NCBI GenBank assembly: GCA_951406725.2
Contig: OX597827.1
Span: 20,398,001-20,462,000, forward strand
Reading direction: 5' to 3'
Length of the DNA: 64,000 bases
Source: Octopus vulgaris
Lineage: Eukaryota
Each line of letters starts with the position of its first letter. The first letter of the stretch is position 1. The notes beneath the pieces were generated by a model that made no database searches, had not been told where the DNA came from, and saw only the letters and a program-made list of their open reading frames with translations. Below, piece after piece: positions 1 to 12,692 of this stretch. Both the position numbers and the translations under genes were made by a program.

Positions 1-463
1 CAGGCTCTAACTTTTGTCTAACTGCTTCCTCTAACCTATACTACATTCAAATCCCACTCTACTCCACACAGCTCAATATCTTCTGCCCATCTCCTGACAC
101 AGATACTCTCCTCTATATGCACACAACTATCTGCCTCTCTTCCTCATACAACAGCATTCCAACTTGGCCCCTAACATTGTTCTCCCCTCATTTCTCTTTC
201 CATTTCCTATTTTTCTCATGAAGGACTGTCTGAAACGCCAACGAACCTTTTCCTTTCTCCTTCCAAATGTGAAACAATTAACACCTTGGTGAACGCTTGC
301 CTTTCTCTTGTTTTTCATGTTTCTGTTCATTCATCATATATACACCTGTTAAAACTAGTTTTTTTTAATATTCATACGTATGTATACACACCTGTTAAAT
401 TCAGTATTTCTATTTACAGGTGTATATACACTCGTTAAGGCCAGTATTTCTATTTTAAGGTGC

Positions 464-526
<63 letters not shown>

Positions 527-1623
527 CACACACACATATACACACACACATATCTGCTAAGGTCAGTGCCCTCCACATCTTCTGATCTTTATTACAAGTA
601 GAGGTTATTGATGCTGTTATTATTGATGTCCAGTTTTATATCAGCCCTGTCTGAGCTGGCCTTCTACGCATGCCCATCCCATGATATCTGTGATTCTATT
701 ATTCGGACTATCCCTTTTTTCAAGACAGTCGACTGTGATTTCGTTGCGCTTTCTAGCCTGTGAAGTGACCACGTATAGACTTCTACATTGTCTTTTCGTT
801 ATTGGTAGCCCCCTGTTTTCTCCACTATTTCTCCCATAATTAGAGTGTATGAGCCTGTGAGTCTTTGCGTTTGTTGTCAACCGGTGATGGTTTGTTTACG
901 TTTCTGTAACACGGCTGTTCGGCATACGAGATCAACTAAGTAGATGCCAAACTTAAAAAGTACTGGGATCGATTTGTTCGACTAAACTCTTCAAGGCAGT
1001 GACCCTGCATGGCTGCAGTCCAATGAGTAAAACAAAAATAAACATAACATTATTTTTATATATATATAACATACATATTTGAGTGTGCGTGTACAGCTGC
1101 GTTGTTGCTCCGTGGTTTCCACTCTATGTTGGAAACATCAAATGTCAAACTTTACTGTAAAAACAATTTCGTGCCAACCAGATTCCATAACGTCACTGGA
1201 TAGAATGAATTATGTCCCTTGTTTGTAGGATGAATAACCTCCCTTGCATTGTGTTCTCGTTACTCTGCTCCAATATGGATCGGGTCGAACACGCCTTCCT
1301 TTGAGACATTATCTTAACTGACCGTATGTTTATTTCACATTCGGAGCGAGTCACTAACTGTCACCCCAACACACATACTCGCGCACGTGTGTATAGATAT
1401 GCGTGTGTACATATATCTGTATATCTTCTGCTGTTTTTGCTTCCTCATAATTTTCAGAATGGATATTTTTGTAATAAAATTTTATACGAATACTCTTCAG
1501 ATGATGTAGATTCCGATTATATTGAAATTTGTTGTGAAAATATTTTCGGAGGGAAGAGATTTGGAAAATTGACAGGATTCGGCTGCGTTTGTTCATAACT
1601 TTGAGAAAAGTGAAAATTCTTAT

Positions 1624-2572
1624 GTAAAATTTAATTGTCAAAATAATATGACTGTCCTGTAAGGGACGTTGTAACTGTTTATTAGCCCCGCAGAAAACAT
1701 CGTTTCTAACTGGCTACACGACACATTCTGTGTCATATTTTCGAACCAGAAACTCAGCATCCCTGCCCAGCACAAAACATCTATGGACTAGTTCCAGGGT
1801 TATTGCTCGGATCTTTACGGTTTGAACGGCAGTTTTTAACATAATTTCTAGGTAACTAAAAAATTTTAAACTTCGTATACTGGTAGAATGTGTTTATAAA
1901 ACATCGTTTTTCTCTTGGCTTTATTGAGAAAATTCTATAGTTTGTAAGATATTTGTTGTTCTTTTTCTTCAATTTCAACCAATCAGTGACGTCTATTGAG
2001 GTAAAAAAAGCATTCTGTGCTGTATGAATATGTCCCTCGTTTAAGACACAGATTGGGTTTATTTACATTTGTGGAAAAAAAAGATGCCCTCCCCCCTAAC
2101 CCTAAAATAGATTGAAATGCAATAGATCGATACTAGGGTCATAATTATGGGTGACAATTTCATATGACACCGCTAGAAAAAACTGGCGTTCAAACCGAAA
2201 AGATCCTATTGCTCTTCATCAACACAGTAGGTGCATAGCTAGGTGGCGTGGCTGAATATAAGATTTCAACGTGACATACAGCCACTCTATGTCTCCTATT
2301 TCTATTTATACATTAGTGGCTGTGTGTCACGTATATTCAAACCATGAATTCAGCAACACCACCTAACCAAGCAGCTATTCAGTGTTGATGAAGAGCAATA
2401 ACCCTGAAACTAGTGCACAGATGTCTTGCACTGGGTACGGATGCTGCGTTTCCAGTTCGAAAATATAAGGACACAGATAATGTGTCGTATGACCAGCAGG
2501 AAATGATGCTTCTTGGGGATGTAACAACATCCCTTGCAGGACAACCGAATTATGTTGGCAATTAAATTTTAC
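1624..2572. repeat. Fold-back (palindromic) element, Penelope-like pseudo-LTR family A, interrupted by a MITE
   Basis: 1624-1808 plus 2215-2290 is the diverged reverse complement of ~2315-2572. Similar to 15530-15790 and 16190-16450. Degenerate hammerhead-like motif at 2380-2420. Confidence 0.75.
1809..2206 (+). mobile_element. MITE with TIR GGATCTTTTCGGTTTGAACGGCAGTTTTT and 8-bp TSD (Merlin-like or unclassified DNA-8 type)
   Basis: ~29-bp TIRs; TSD TATTGCTC at 1801-1808 and 2207-2214; internal CCCTAA repeats. Confidence 0.9.
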
Positions 2573-2989
2573 TTTAAAAATTTACTTTACTTTACTATTT
2601 CTATTTAAAATTTTTAATATTTTCTTCAAATATATTACAGATGGTGAGATTACAGTTATATCGGAATCTAATACATTGTAAAAGACAAAGAAGGAATGTG
2701 GGCTCACACATATACAGACTGACACACATCACTTATATCAACAAAGTGAAACTTGAAATTTCGAAAAAAATTGTGATGTATGTCATTATGAATGTGTGCG
2801 ATCCTACCAATTTTTTTCTTTCTTTTTTTTTTTAATCAAATTCTGATATAATGATAATCTACACTTTGACGGGTAATTGAAGAAAAGTTCCTAAAAAGAA
2901 TTAACATCTTTCTGGAAGTTATGAAGAAACAAACCCCCGACTCCTGTGCATATTCCGAAACTCCTCTCCTGACACACAGAAAAACATTT

Positions 2990-3078
2990 GGATCTTTTTG
3001 GTTTGAACGGCAGTTTTTTTCTAGCGGTGTCATATGAAATTGTCACCCATAATTATGACCCTAGAATCGATCTATTGC
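2990..3078 (-). mobile_element. Truncated copy of the GGATC-TIR MITE
   Basis: One TIR plus ~60 bp matching the start of the 47806 copy. Confidence 0.8.
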
Positions 3079-3203
3079 AAATTAGATGTAGTATATGAGA
3101 AAAATTACACAAATTGGGAATCAAATATGTGAATATTATTCTGCAACTAGCAGAACAATCACCCAGAGGGCAGTTGTTTTGCTGGTGTGTGCATTTGTAT
3201 TAT

Positions 3204-3293
<90 letters not shown>

Positions 3294-3294
<1 letters not shown>

Positions 3295-3829
3295 TAGCAG
3301 TATCGGGTTTGTAAGGGAAATAACTATATAAGCATTTTTAGAGAGTTATAGCAAAAAAATAGCAAAAAAAAATGGATTAAAAATGGAAAAAAATTATGGT
3401 AAATTTTTTTTTTAAATCGTTGACTCATCGTAGACATTTTCTGTTTTGGTGTCTTCAAGCCATGAAGTCGTTGTTCTAAAAGAACGCTGGTCTCCTTGAC
3501 AACGCTTTACGACGTTGATTTCCTTACACTTCCTTCCCCACAGCTTCACGAGGGAGGGAAGAACGGGGAGAAGCAACACAAGTGCAGGCGTGAGCGTGGA
3601 CGCCAACTCCGCCGCCATCGACACACGAAAAAATATGCATTAAAATGGAATAAAAAATGATGTTAAATTATTTTTAAAATCGTAGACTCATCGTAGACGC
3701 GCGCTAATACCCAGACGGGCTCAATATGAATCACGACTATAAGATACCCGAATTTGGTTAAACTGCACCGCAAAATGTGGGATTAGTTAGGAATCTAAAT
3801 CGAAGGGGACAGACACTCACACAACTACA

Positions 3830-3840
<11 letters not shown>
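3294..3840 (-). mobile_element. Non-autonomous Helitron-like element
   Basis: CTAG terminus next to an A at 3293; the other end ACAGAC...TTTTATATAT merges into (TA)n; same architecture as 10504-10867. Confidence 0.55.
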
Positions 3841-3877
<37 letters not shown>

Positions 3878-3914
3878 TGGTCTATGTGTTTTGTAACAAA
3901 AAAAAATATATATA

Positions 3915-3943
3915 GGCGCAGAAGTGGAGGTGTGGTAAGTAGC
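3915..3943 (+). mobile_element. 5' head fragment of tRNA-derived SINE family 1
   Basis: GGCGCAGAAGTGGAGGTGTGGTAAGTAGC matches the start of the full copy at 44415. Confidence 0.6.
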
Positions 3944-4452
3944 ACGACTACAGGTAAGGCGTTTTTTTTTGGGGGGGGGAGCTCAGTGGAGTCTGTTGTT
4001 TGTATTTAACTATTTTTGTCGAACAAGGGTCTCCACCGGGTTCCAGACATTTGTCTGCCTGTGGTCGTACCGAAAAGATTCACTGTGTAGTGAGAATTGT
4101 AGTTTTTGGGAGGCGTATGCCTCCAGAAAACTTGTGAAAATTGTCTTCTTTTAACTGTGTTTGTGCCCTGGATTTACCATTGGATTTACGGAGGCGGCCA
4201 GAGATGGATGAAAGTAGAAAATTTAGTGTTGCAACGGATTATTAACATTCACGTGGATTACCAGAGTAATTGTGTGCCATTCGAACTGTCTTCCTGCCAT
4301 TGTGAACTGTCTTCCTTCATTCTTTCTTCTCTCTTCTGTCTTTCCGTCCTTTCTTTGTTTTTACTATCATTGACTTTATTATTGACTTTAGTTGAACATT
4401 TTTTGAACCAATTGTTTGCGAACAATTTGGCCTTTTCTCTTCTTCCATAAAA

Positions 4453-5200
4453 ATGGCAAAGAAAATTTTGGAATGAGAGATTAAACCACCAGAACAAGAG
4501 GACCGTGGTGTTGAGAACCTATTGTAGGTCTCTCGATACCATTACAGTTTTCTCTCGCAAAGATATTGAAAATGAGTTGGCAGGGTTCCAGCCAAAGTAC
4601 GCAACTGTGTGCGTGCTTTTCGACACCCCTGTGGAGGCACAAAACTTCACAAGCCAACCTGTAGAAGGGGAGAAAATTTTGTTTCTCCCCACATACGGTG
4701 GACGAAAACTGTCAAGAGCTTGTGTGTGTGTCTGCTGCCACCTAGTATGGAGCCCAAATGGATAGAGGATTCTATCCGTCGGGGGCTGGGTGGCAGCACC
4801 ACCAAGCTATTGACCCTATGGACCCAATCAGCCGATGATCTGATGTTACCAGATTTCTTAATGATGGCCGGTGATCTTTGGAGGATGCCCCCCCCCCAAG
4901 TGTCACCTTGTGCCTGGAATTGGACCACATAAAAAAAACTGTCGTAGGGACCAGGCAAAGGTCCTGGAACAGTTAATTGTTGAGGAGCCCCCTGCTCACC
5001 CATTGGAGGGAGAAAGGGAGTAAGTCAAGGAGGAGGTAACCTCCTCGAATACGAAAGAAAAGAAGGTTGGCAACAATGGTTGCCCACCGATGGATCCTGA
5101 GGTGGTGGGAGGGAAAGAGGGACCTACGGGCATAACTTCGAAGGCTGTGGTTAAAAAAGAAAATGGGAAGAATCTCCGTCTGACCTTGTAGTTCCAACTT
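4453..5200 (+). pseudogene. Frameshifted non-LTR retrotransposon ORF1 relic (L1/Tx1-like)
   Basis: Peptide TVVLRTY...FLPTYGGRKLSR..PPSMEPKWI, plus a CHLCLELDHIKKNC (CX2CX4HX4C) zinc knuckle at ~4901-4942 recoverable with two single-base frameshifts. Confidence 0.5.
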
Positions 5201-5374
5201 ACTTGGTCTTCATGATCCGAAACTCCTCTCATCACCTCCTCGGAAAAAATTTTCCCCACATAGATTACAATCGTAATCTATGCCGTTTGAAAGGTATTTA
5301 TTCTTTTATATGTTTCAGTCTTGAGGCACCATGTTGGGGCACCGCCATTGTAACCACCTTTTAATTGGCCAATT

Positions 5375-5730
5375 CTATGGGTTTAGCTTCTGGTGAAGGA
5401 GCGAGTTCGATATCGCTGCCGTCTTTTGAGTTTCCTGCCTTGATATTGGTTCATCTGGGATCTTGGATAGTAAGAGGTCAAGTTGTTTCTTGAAAACATC
5501 GACTCCCACTCCATGGAAGTCCCTGAGATGTTTTGGCAAGGAGTTAAATAGCTGTGGGCCCTTGAATCCCAAGCTTTTGCAGTGCATGGTCCTTGCCCTA
5601 GATGAAACAGCTGGGACTTTTGGAACAGTTCAGTGACATCCATTTTGAGGTCTGGTATAACTCATCTCCAAAGTTTGGTGCCAGTCCCTCCAGTATCTTC
5701 CATACATATGTCACTGCGTACCTCTCCCTT
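5375..5730 (-). pseudogene. CR1-group LINE ORF2 C-terminal relic
   Basis: GPQLFNSLPKHLR...FKKQLDLLLSKIPDEP motif typical of the CR1/L2-group ORF2 end; homologous to the peptide at 25870-26148. Confidence 0.7.
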
Positions 5731-6653
5731 TGTATAAGATTTCATTAAAAGAAATCCATTTTCCCTCAGAAAAATTCTTTCCGATAAATCCCTTTATATT
5801 CTAAATCTAAGCTGTATTTGTTGAAAATTTCGTTAAAAAGTTTCCATTTTTCTGAAAGTTATGAGTAGGTGTGGGGTTCATATCTGTAGTTATGCAGCAA
5901 AGTCGACGTTATTAAATAACCGTTTTAGAGGAATTCTCTTTTAAGGACTCCATATAACCCCCCCCACACACACACACACACACATTTTGTATTTTATGGA
6001 GTTTCTATGTCACTCTCGTATGTATTGATGTTTTACAATGCTTTTGTAGCATTGACTGCGGGGGGAAAAAAAATCATAACTTAAGATGGGTTATTTCCCT
6101 TGATTGGGATCATGGAGCAAATTCGAATTATCCCCCTTAAACTATATTTTGTTCCCAGCAATTTTGGATCAATTGATTTAGTCCACTTGAGGGTGCTTCT
6201 AATTATATAACCATTGTTTCATTCCCATTACAACAATAAAGCAGTAACCATTTCGCCTGCGGCTGTCATTTTACATAATACGCCATGTTTGATCCATAAC
6301 AGTTACTCTTTTCAAAGATGCTTTCTGCATTTTAACATTTTGTGTGTAAACATCCCGACATAAAATAGAATTATTTATGAAATAAAATAATCGTCTGCAA
6401 ATTCTTTGCTTCAGTACACGTGCCAGTAGTGTTCCTTCGACACGTAGAAGGCCGATGGTGCCATTTTCGTTCAGCTTTGCACCGCTTCTCGACGTCTTTG
6501 AACGCTTAACAAGTATCATTAGACAACATCCAACACTAATCACCCCATAAACACCTTGAATGGAACGACGATGCAGCATCTGAGCGGTCCATTGATGGAT
6601 TTAAGCAAAATATTCAGACTGTCCATATTTTAAACTTCATTGGGAAAAAAAGG

Positions 6654-7071
6654 GGATCTTTTCGGTTTGAACAGCAGTTTTTAACATAATTTCTAGGTAA
6701 CTAAAAAATTTTAAACTTCGTATACTGGTAGAATGTGTTTATAAAACATCTTTTTCTCTTGGCTTTATTGAGAAAATTCTATAGTTTGTAAGATATTTGT
6801 TGTTTTTTTTCTTCAATTCCTGCAATTTCAACCAATCAGTGACGTCTATTGAGTTAAAAAGCATTCTGTGCCGTATGAATATGTCCCTCGTTTAAGAAAC
6901 AGATTGGGTTTATTTACATTTGCGAAGAAAAAAAATATACCCTTCCCCCAACCCTAACCCTAACCGTAAAAGAGATTGAAATGCAATAGATCGATTCTAG
7001 GGTCATAATTATGGGTGACAATTTCATACAACACCGCTAGAAAAAAACTACCATTCAAACCGAAAAGATCC
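6654..7071 (+). mobile_element. GGATC-TIR MITE, full copy
   Basis: TIRs at both ends; TSD AAAAAAGG at 6646-6653 and 7072-7079. Confidence 0.9.
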
Positions 7072-7571
7072 AAAAAAGGGAAATTTTAGGATTTGTGGGG
7101 AGGGGTGGGTTAAGGAAGGGAAAACAAAATTATTTTTTTCATAATCATATGAATTCCCACATATAGAAGACAAATTTGCAAATATTTTCTGAAAATTCCA
7201 TAAGTAAAAGAAAGGGTACAGTGTTGTAAGTAGACACATCGACATGCACGCACGTGCAAAATACACATTTTAAACACATAGACACATACAAACGATACAC
7301 AAACAACCATACACACACATACACAAATACAGAGACAAATTCGTGTGCAGATAAGGATACACAGCACAAAAAGACGAAATGGATTGAACAGAATAGGAGG
7401 CAACACGTATGATGGAGAGTCACGGAGGAGGTGACAGGGTGTGTGATAAAAAAAATGTCAGACAAAGGACGCTAAAATAATAAAAATAAAGCATGAAACT
7501 ACCAGTCGGTCTTTTGATTGTGTATTAAATTGATATTTATCTTTCACTGGATGGAGAAAAAAAATTTTTGT

Positions 7572-7613
<42 letters not shown>

Positions 7614-7699
7614 TCTATAAAGTATATATATGTGAAGATATATAGATAATAGATAGATAGATAGATAGATAAACAGAGAGAGAAAAGGAGATAGGCAGG

Positions 7700-7930
7700 T
7701 GAGTGGGTGCAAGTGTGCCTGTGATAGGGAGTTTGCTTTTCAACTATGTCATTCTGGGTTCAATCTCACTGTATGGCACCTTGGGCAAATATCTTTCTCC
7801 ATAGTCTTGGGCCAACCAAAGTGTTTTGAATGCATTTGGCAGACAGAAACTAAAAGAAGTTCATCATCTGTGTGTGTGTGTATATATATATGTGTGTGTA
7901 TATACACATGATATGCTTCTTTCAGTTTAT
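7700..7930 (+). mobile_element. Degenerate 5' part of SINE family 1
   Basis: GGTTCAATCTCACTGTATGGCACCTTGGGCAA...GAAACTAAAAGAAG resembles 44460-44575. Confidence 0.6.
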
Positions 7931-7942
7931 TTATACATCATG

Positions 7943-8130
7943 ATCATCATCATTTAATGTCTGCTTTCCATGCTGGCATGAGTTGGACGGTTTGACTGAC
8001 AATCGGTAAGGTGGGGGACTGCACCAAGTTCCAATCTGGTCTGGCAAGTTTTCCTCAGCTGGATGCCCTTCCTAACGCCAACCACTCTGAGAGTGTAGTG
8101 GGTGTTTTCACATGCTGGTGGCACAGGTGC
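7943..8130 (-). mobile_element. Retroposon 3' segment with (GAT)n tail (RTE-type tail)
   Basis: Reverse complement of 25700-25855 (GAGTGGTTGGCGTTAGGAAGGGCATC...TTAAATGATGAT); another copy near 30020-30185. Confidence 0.6.
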
Positions 8131-8448
8131 CATTGATTTGACACTGGCATCGGCCAGAGTTACAATCTGATTCGGCTTGACAGGTCAACACAAACATGGT
8201 ATATCGCCTGTCACTGCCTCTATGAGGCTCAATGCTTGAAGGGTGCTCTTTATGTGCCACTGGCACAGATGCCAATCAAATGGCACTGGTGTGTGTATAT
8301 GTATGCGAATGTACTGCTGTCTTTTTGCCTTGACTCTGTGTGATAGTCGTAAACGAGTGTCACTTTCATACAAGCAGTGTGCTTTGTTCCCATTCTTCCA
8401 TGTAAACATATCCTGCTAGGAAAATATGAAATATCACCTTGATTGGAA

Positions 8449-9402
8449 ATGCATTTTCTGCTTTGGATGTTTAGTAAGATCACAGCTGAAAGAAGCATAG
8501 CCTTAAATTATTCTCTGAAGATAAGTGACTCAACTGGACACAAGCATATTCATCGAAATGAAATAAGCACTATCATTGTGCTATGTATGATAAATTGTTC
8601 TCTCATAATGAATCATTCAACTGAAAGTCTTGATACAGGTGTGAAGCCATATCACTGTGATATCTGTGGTAAATCTTTCTCTCAAAGTCGTCAGCTAAGT
8701 ACACACCAACATGTTCATACAGTTGAGAAGCCATATCACTGCGATATCTGTGGTAAATCATTTTCTCTGAATTGTAGTTTGACTACTCACATATTCTTTC
8801 ATAGAGGGCAAAAACCATATCACTGTAATATCTGTGGTAAATCATTCTCTCAAAATAATCACTTAACTAAACACATCTGTACACATACAGGAGAGAAGCC
8901 ATATCACTGTGATATCTGTGGTATATCATTCTCCCAGTCCTCCCACTTAAAAACACACAAACGTACTCATACAGGAGAGAAGCCATATCATTGTGATATC
9001 TGTGGTAAATCATTCTCTTGTAGTTGTCACTTAACTAAACACAAACATACACACACAGGGGAGAAGCCATACCATTGTGATATCTGTGGTAAATCATTCT
9101 CCCAACATAGTAATTTGACGAAACACAACCGCATTCATACTGGGGAAAAACCATATCATTGTGATATGTGTGGTAAATCATTTTCTGAAAATAGTAGTTT
9201 GACTAGACACAGATGCATCCATACTGGGGAAAAACTACATCACTGTGATATATGTGGCAAATCATTCTCTAGAAGTGGCCACTTAACTACACACCAGCAC
9301 ATTCACACTGGAGAGAAACCATATCATTGTGATATCTGTGGTAAATCATTTTCTCAACAAGGCCACTTACGTGCACATATGAGTATTCACACACAAGTGT
9401 AA
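8449..9402 (+). CDS. C2H2 zinc-finger protein with 9 tandem fingers (possibly the last exon of a spliced gene; start uncertain)
   Basis: Open frame with 9 repeats of (Y/H)HC(D/N)(I/M)CG(K/I)SFSx4Lx2Hx3H joined by TGEKP-type linkers (~8650-9390). Stop TAA at 9400-9402. First ATG at 8449; alternatives at 8587 and 8608. Confidence 0.9.
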   Translation: MHFLLWMFSKITAERSIALNYSLKISDSTGHKHIHRNEISTIIVLCMINCSLIMNHSTESLDTGVKPYHCDICGKSFSQSRQLSTHQHVHTVEKPYHCDICGKSFSLNCSLTTHIFFHRGQKPYHCNICGKSFSQNNHLTKHICTHTGEKPYHCDICGISFSQSSHLKTHKRTHTGEKPYHCDICGKSFSCSCHLTKHKHTHTGEKPYHCDICGKSFSQHSNLTKHNRIHTGEKPYHCDMCGKSFSENSSLTRHRCIHTGEKLHHCDICGKSFSRSGHLTTHQHIHTGEKPYHCDICGKSFSQQGHLRAHMSIHTQV

Positions 9403-9544
9403 CTGTATCAATATTAAGATTTATTACAAGATGGCAACAATTTTGACTATTTTGTCTACTAAAAGACAGGGTTTTCTATCTCTTCAAATTTGATGTTATC
9501 AACTTCAGTTTCACCAATGTCAATATTGACCCCAGTATTTGGTT

Positions 9545-9757
9545 TTTAAGCCTGTTGCTTATTCTGTAAGTCTCTTTTGCCGATCTGCTAAGTTACGGGG
9601 ATGTAAACACACCAGCATCGGTTATCAAGTAGTGGTGGAAGACAGACAGACACACACACACACTTATAAATATGTATATATATATCATTTATCTTTTATG
9701 GGGAAGTAAACACACCAACATCAGTTGCCAAGCGGTGGTGGGGGAAAAACACTGATA

Positions 9758-9793
<36 letters not shown>

Positions 9794-9982
9794 TATATGT
9801 ATGTATGTAATCATGCACACGGCAGGCTTCTTTCAGTTTCCATCTACCAAATCCACTCATAAGACTTTGGTCGACCCGAGGCTATAGCAGAAGACACTTG
9901 TCCAAGGTATTACGCAGTGGGACTGAACCCAGAATTATGTGGTTGTGAAGCGAACCTCTAACCACATAGCTACGCCTGCGCC
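9545..9982 (-). mobile_element. tRNA-derived SINE family 1 (diverged, internal duplication)
   Basis: Reverse complement of the 44415 copy; lies just 3' of the zinc-finger stop. Confidence 0.8.
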
Positions 9983-10046
9983 TTTATAAACATTTCTTTC
10001 CAGCTTTTCTCTCCAGCATATATATTCACATTCATAATTATTTAAA

Positions 10047-10382
10047 CTTGCGGGACCCGTGAATATTTCACGGAATTAATGGTAAACCTATTGGGTTACA
10101 TCTGAAAACTTTATCCCAAAACCCTGAAAGCGTATCCTGTGTTGTGTCTGTATGGAAAGAAGGTCGCTCATCTGCCACTCATTGAGAAGTGAAGCGACAG
10201 GCTAAGTAATGGGGGAAAATTAGTTTTAAAAAATTACACATTTCACGTACCTCAACCTCTCCCTCGACTCTCTTTTCCCCTCCCATCCCCTTCTTCCTCC
10301 CCGTCTCTTCCCCTTTAGCTAATCACGCAGAAGCGCTCAGGACGGGCTAAGTAACGGAATGACAAGCAGAATTATTATAGGA
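10047..10382 (-). mobile_element. Non-autonomous Helitron, family H2 (internally deleted)
   Basis: Homologous to 55427-55985; subterminal hairpin CCGTGAA-TAT-TTCACGG. Confidence 0.65.
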
Positions 10383-10503
10383 TTATTTGCTGCTTTTGGC
10401 TCTGCTTGTAAATGTTTAGAAGGTTGTCTCGAAAAGTGGGAGTTTTACGAAAACCAGCTAACACACACTTTACAAAAATAATCTGTTAGCGGAATAATAT
10501 AAA

Positions 10504-10867
10504 CTAGCACTATGACCCGGCGTTGCCGGGTCATAGTGCTAGTGCATGCATATACAGCTGCGTGCGTGCGCACATATACGCGAGTACTGTCCAAATCTCC
10601 GACCAATCACATACAGCTAGCTGGCATTCAATTGGCGTATCAAGTTTCGGGCATTTTAATTGGGTTTTGGATAGAAAATTCACAAAAATGTTACTTCTAT
10701 TATTTTTTTAATGGCTTTGTTGGGTGACTGGGGAAATGTAAAGATGTGCACGACCACCCTTGGACGGTTTTGAATGACCATAGAAAGTGCGAGCTCTCTA
10801 ACTGAAAAATTGTGGATTTGTATAAAGGACACGCACACAGACATTTTGCCGTTTATATATAGAGAGA
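10504..10867 (-). mobile_element. Non-autonomous Helitron, family H1
   Basis: Minus strand reads A|TC...CTAG|T with no TSD; perfect 19-bp hairpin at 10503-10543. Confidence 0.75.
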
Positions 10868-11384
10868 TATGCAAGTTTTTTCTCAAATTCAGCGTCTTTT
10901 AATCATTATAGTTCTCTAATTGCAGGGATGGAGTTTTGTTTGTTAGAAAACAGTTCCATCTTTTTAATTAGAATTTCAATAATTACGAAAAACAAAAGAT
11001 GAAAGAAGAAATGACAAAATAGATTTTTAAAAAAGGTGGGGGAGGGGGGAGCCAATACAGAGACCACAGATGCATATCCATCCCGAACAGAAGTTCGCAT
11101 TTGACACCTCATTTGAATATTCAAATTACTTGTGTTACACAAATGAGCCAAAACAGCCAGCTGGCAGCTAACAAGAAACTGCATGCTAGACAGTCAGTCA
11201 GACAGACAAACAAGACAACAGATCAACTAGCAGACAGACAGACAGACACGCATTTGAAGACAGGTTGACTATTAGAGAGATGGAGAAACAGACAATTCTG
11301 TTGACTGAGGGTGAAAAGACATGTAAATGAAGTGTTAGACATAACTCAAGGAAGTTGAAAATTACGGAATATTTCAAACAGTTC

Positions 11385-11700
11385 TGTGTGTGGTTGCGTG
11401 GTAAGAAGTTCGTTCCCCAACCACATGGTTCCGAGTCCAGTCCCACTGCGTGACACTTTGGGCTAGAGTCTTCTATTAATAGCCTTGGGCCGACCACAGC
11501 CTTATGAAGTGGGTTTGGTAGGCGGAAACTGAAAGAAACCCGTCGTATATATCTTTTAATTTTTTAGTTGAACGAATCGATCTTAGTACTTATTTTTTTT
11601 CAAAAGCCTGGTAGTTATTCTATCGTTCACTTTTGTCAAACCACTAAGTTACTGACATCAGTTGTCATGCGGTGGTGGGAGACAAACACAGACTCACACA
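11385..11700. mobile_element. Two SINE family 1 fragments (5' half on +, 3' half on -)
   Basis: 11385-11548 matches 44425-44580; ~11565-11700 matches the reverse complement of the 3' half. Confidence 0.65.
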
Positions 11701-12238
11701 CATTCGTGTAAAGTCATGCTTAACACTTTCGACCGTAAACGAACGGGATAAAGCTTAGCGATGCAACAATAGTCCTAGAAGACAATTCTCCACTTCGATT
11801 TGTGTATGACCATTTTGTTCATACACATGGATTGTGAGTGACATCATTAAATCGTAGGACGCGCGTCTGTGGGTCGTTCCGCTTCGTCTGCTGCGAAAAC
11901 TAAGTCGCTTACAGCACAATAAATATCAAGTTATACTTATGAAAACAACAGACGGGATATCTGCTGGTATGGGAATGGCTTGGGTCTGGCTTGAATTAAA
12001 TGATTAATGTCACACGAAGCAACACTTTGAGTAAGATGTATTCGAATAAAGTCACGTCTAACACGTTCGACTGTAATCGGCCGTGCATTGAGACAAGTAA
12101 GTGGGAAATTGTCTTGCAAGTGACAAAGGTGGACTGATTCGCTTCGCTGGTCAGGATAGGACGAAGGTTCTAGAGAAGAGCTATGATGGGGATGGCGGGA
12201 GGGGGGGAAGAGACGCGAAGAGGGAATTGGAAGAAGGA

Positions 12239-12692
12239 GAAGCGAGAGGAGGTGAAAAGGATGAAGTGAGAGGGGGAATGAAGCGAGAGGAGGTGAAAAG
12301 GATGAAGTGAGAGGGGGCGATGAAGCGAGAGGAGGTGAAAAGGATGAAGTGAGAGGGGGAATGAAGCGAGAGGAGGTGAAAAGGATGAAGTGAGAGGGGG
12401 GAATGAAGCGAGAGGAGGTGAAAAGGATGAAGTGAGAGGGGGCGATGAAGCGAGAGGAGGTGAAAAGGATGAAGTGAGAGGGGGGATGAAGCGAGAGGAG
12501 GTGAAAAGGATGAAGTGAGAGGGGGGAATGAAGCGAGAGGAGGTGAAAAGGATGAAGTAACGAGAGGAGGTGAAAAGGATGAAGTGAGAGGGGGGGATGA
12601 AGCGAGAGGAGGTGAAAAGGATGAAGTGAGAGGGGGGAATGAAGCGAGAGGAGGTGAAAAGGATGAAGTGAGAGGGGGGATGAAGCGAGAGG
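12239..12692. repeat. Purine-rich minisatellite, ~41-42 bp unit, ~11 copies
   Basis: Unit GAAGCGAGAGGAGGTGAAAAGGATGAAGTGAGAGGGGG(G/C)(G/A)AT in tandem, one truncated unit. Confidence 0.95.

Noticed and set aside
5745-6139. Possible Kolobok-like transposon end (…ATTATCCCCCTTAA)
   Set aside because: Only one candidate terminus is visible, with no matching TIR.
12239-12692. CRISPR-like array (also 37347-37630)
   Set aside because: Units are contiguous with no unique spacers, there are no cas genes, and the context is eukaryotic.
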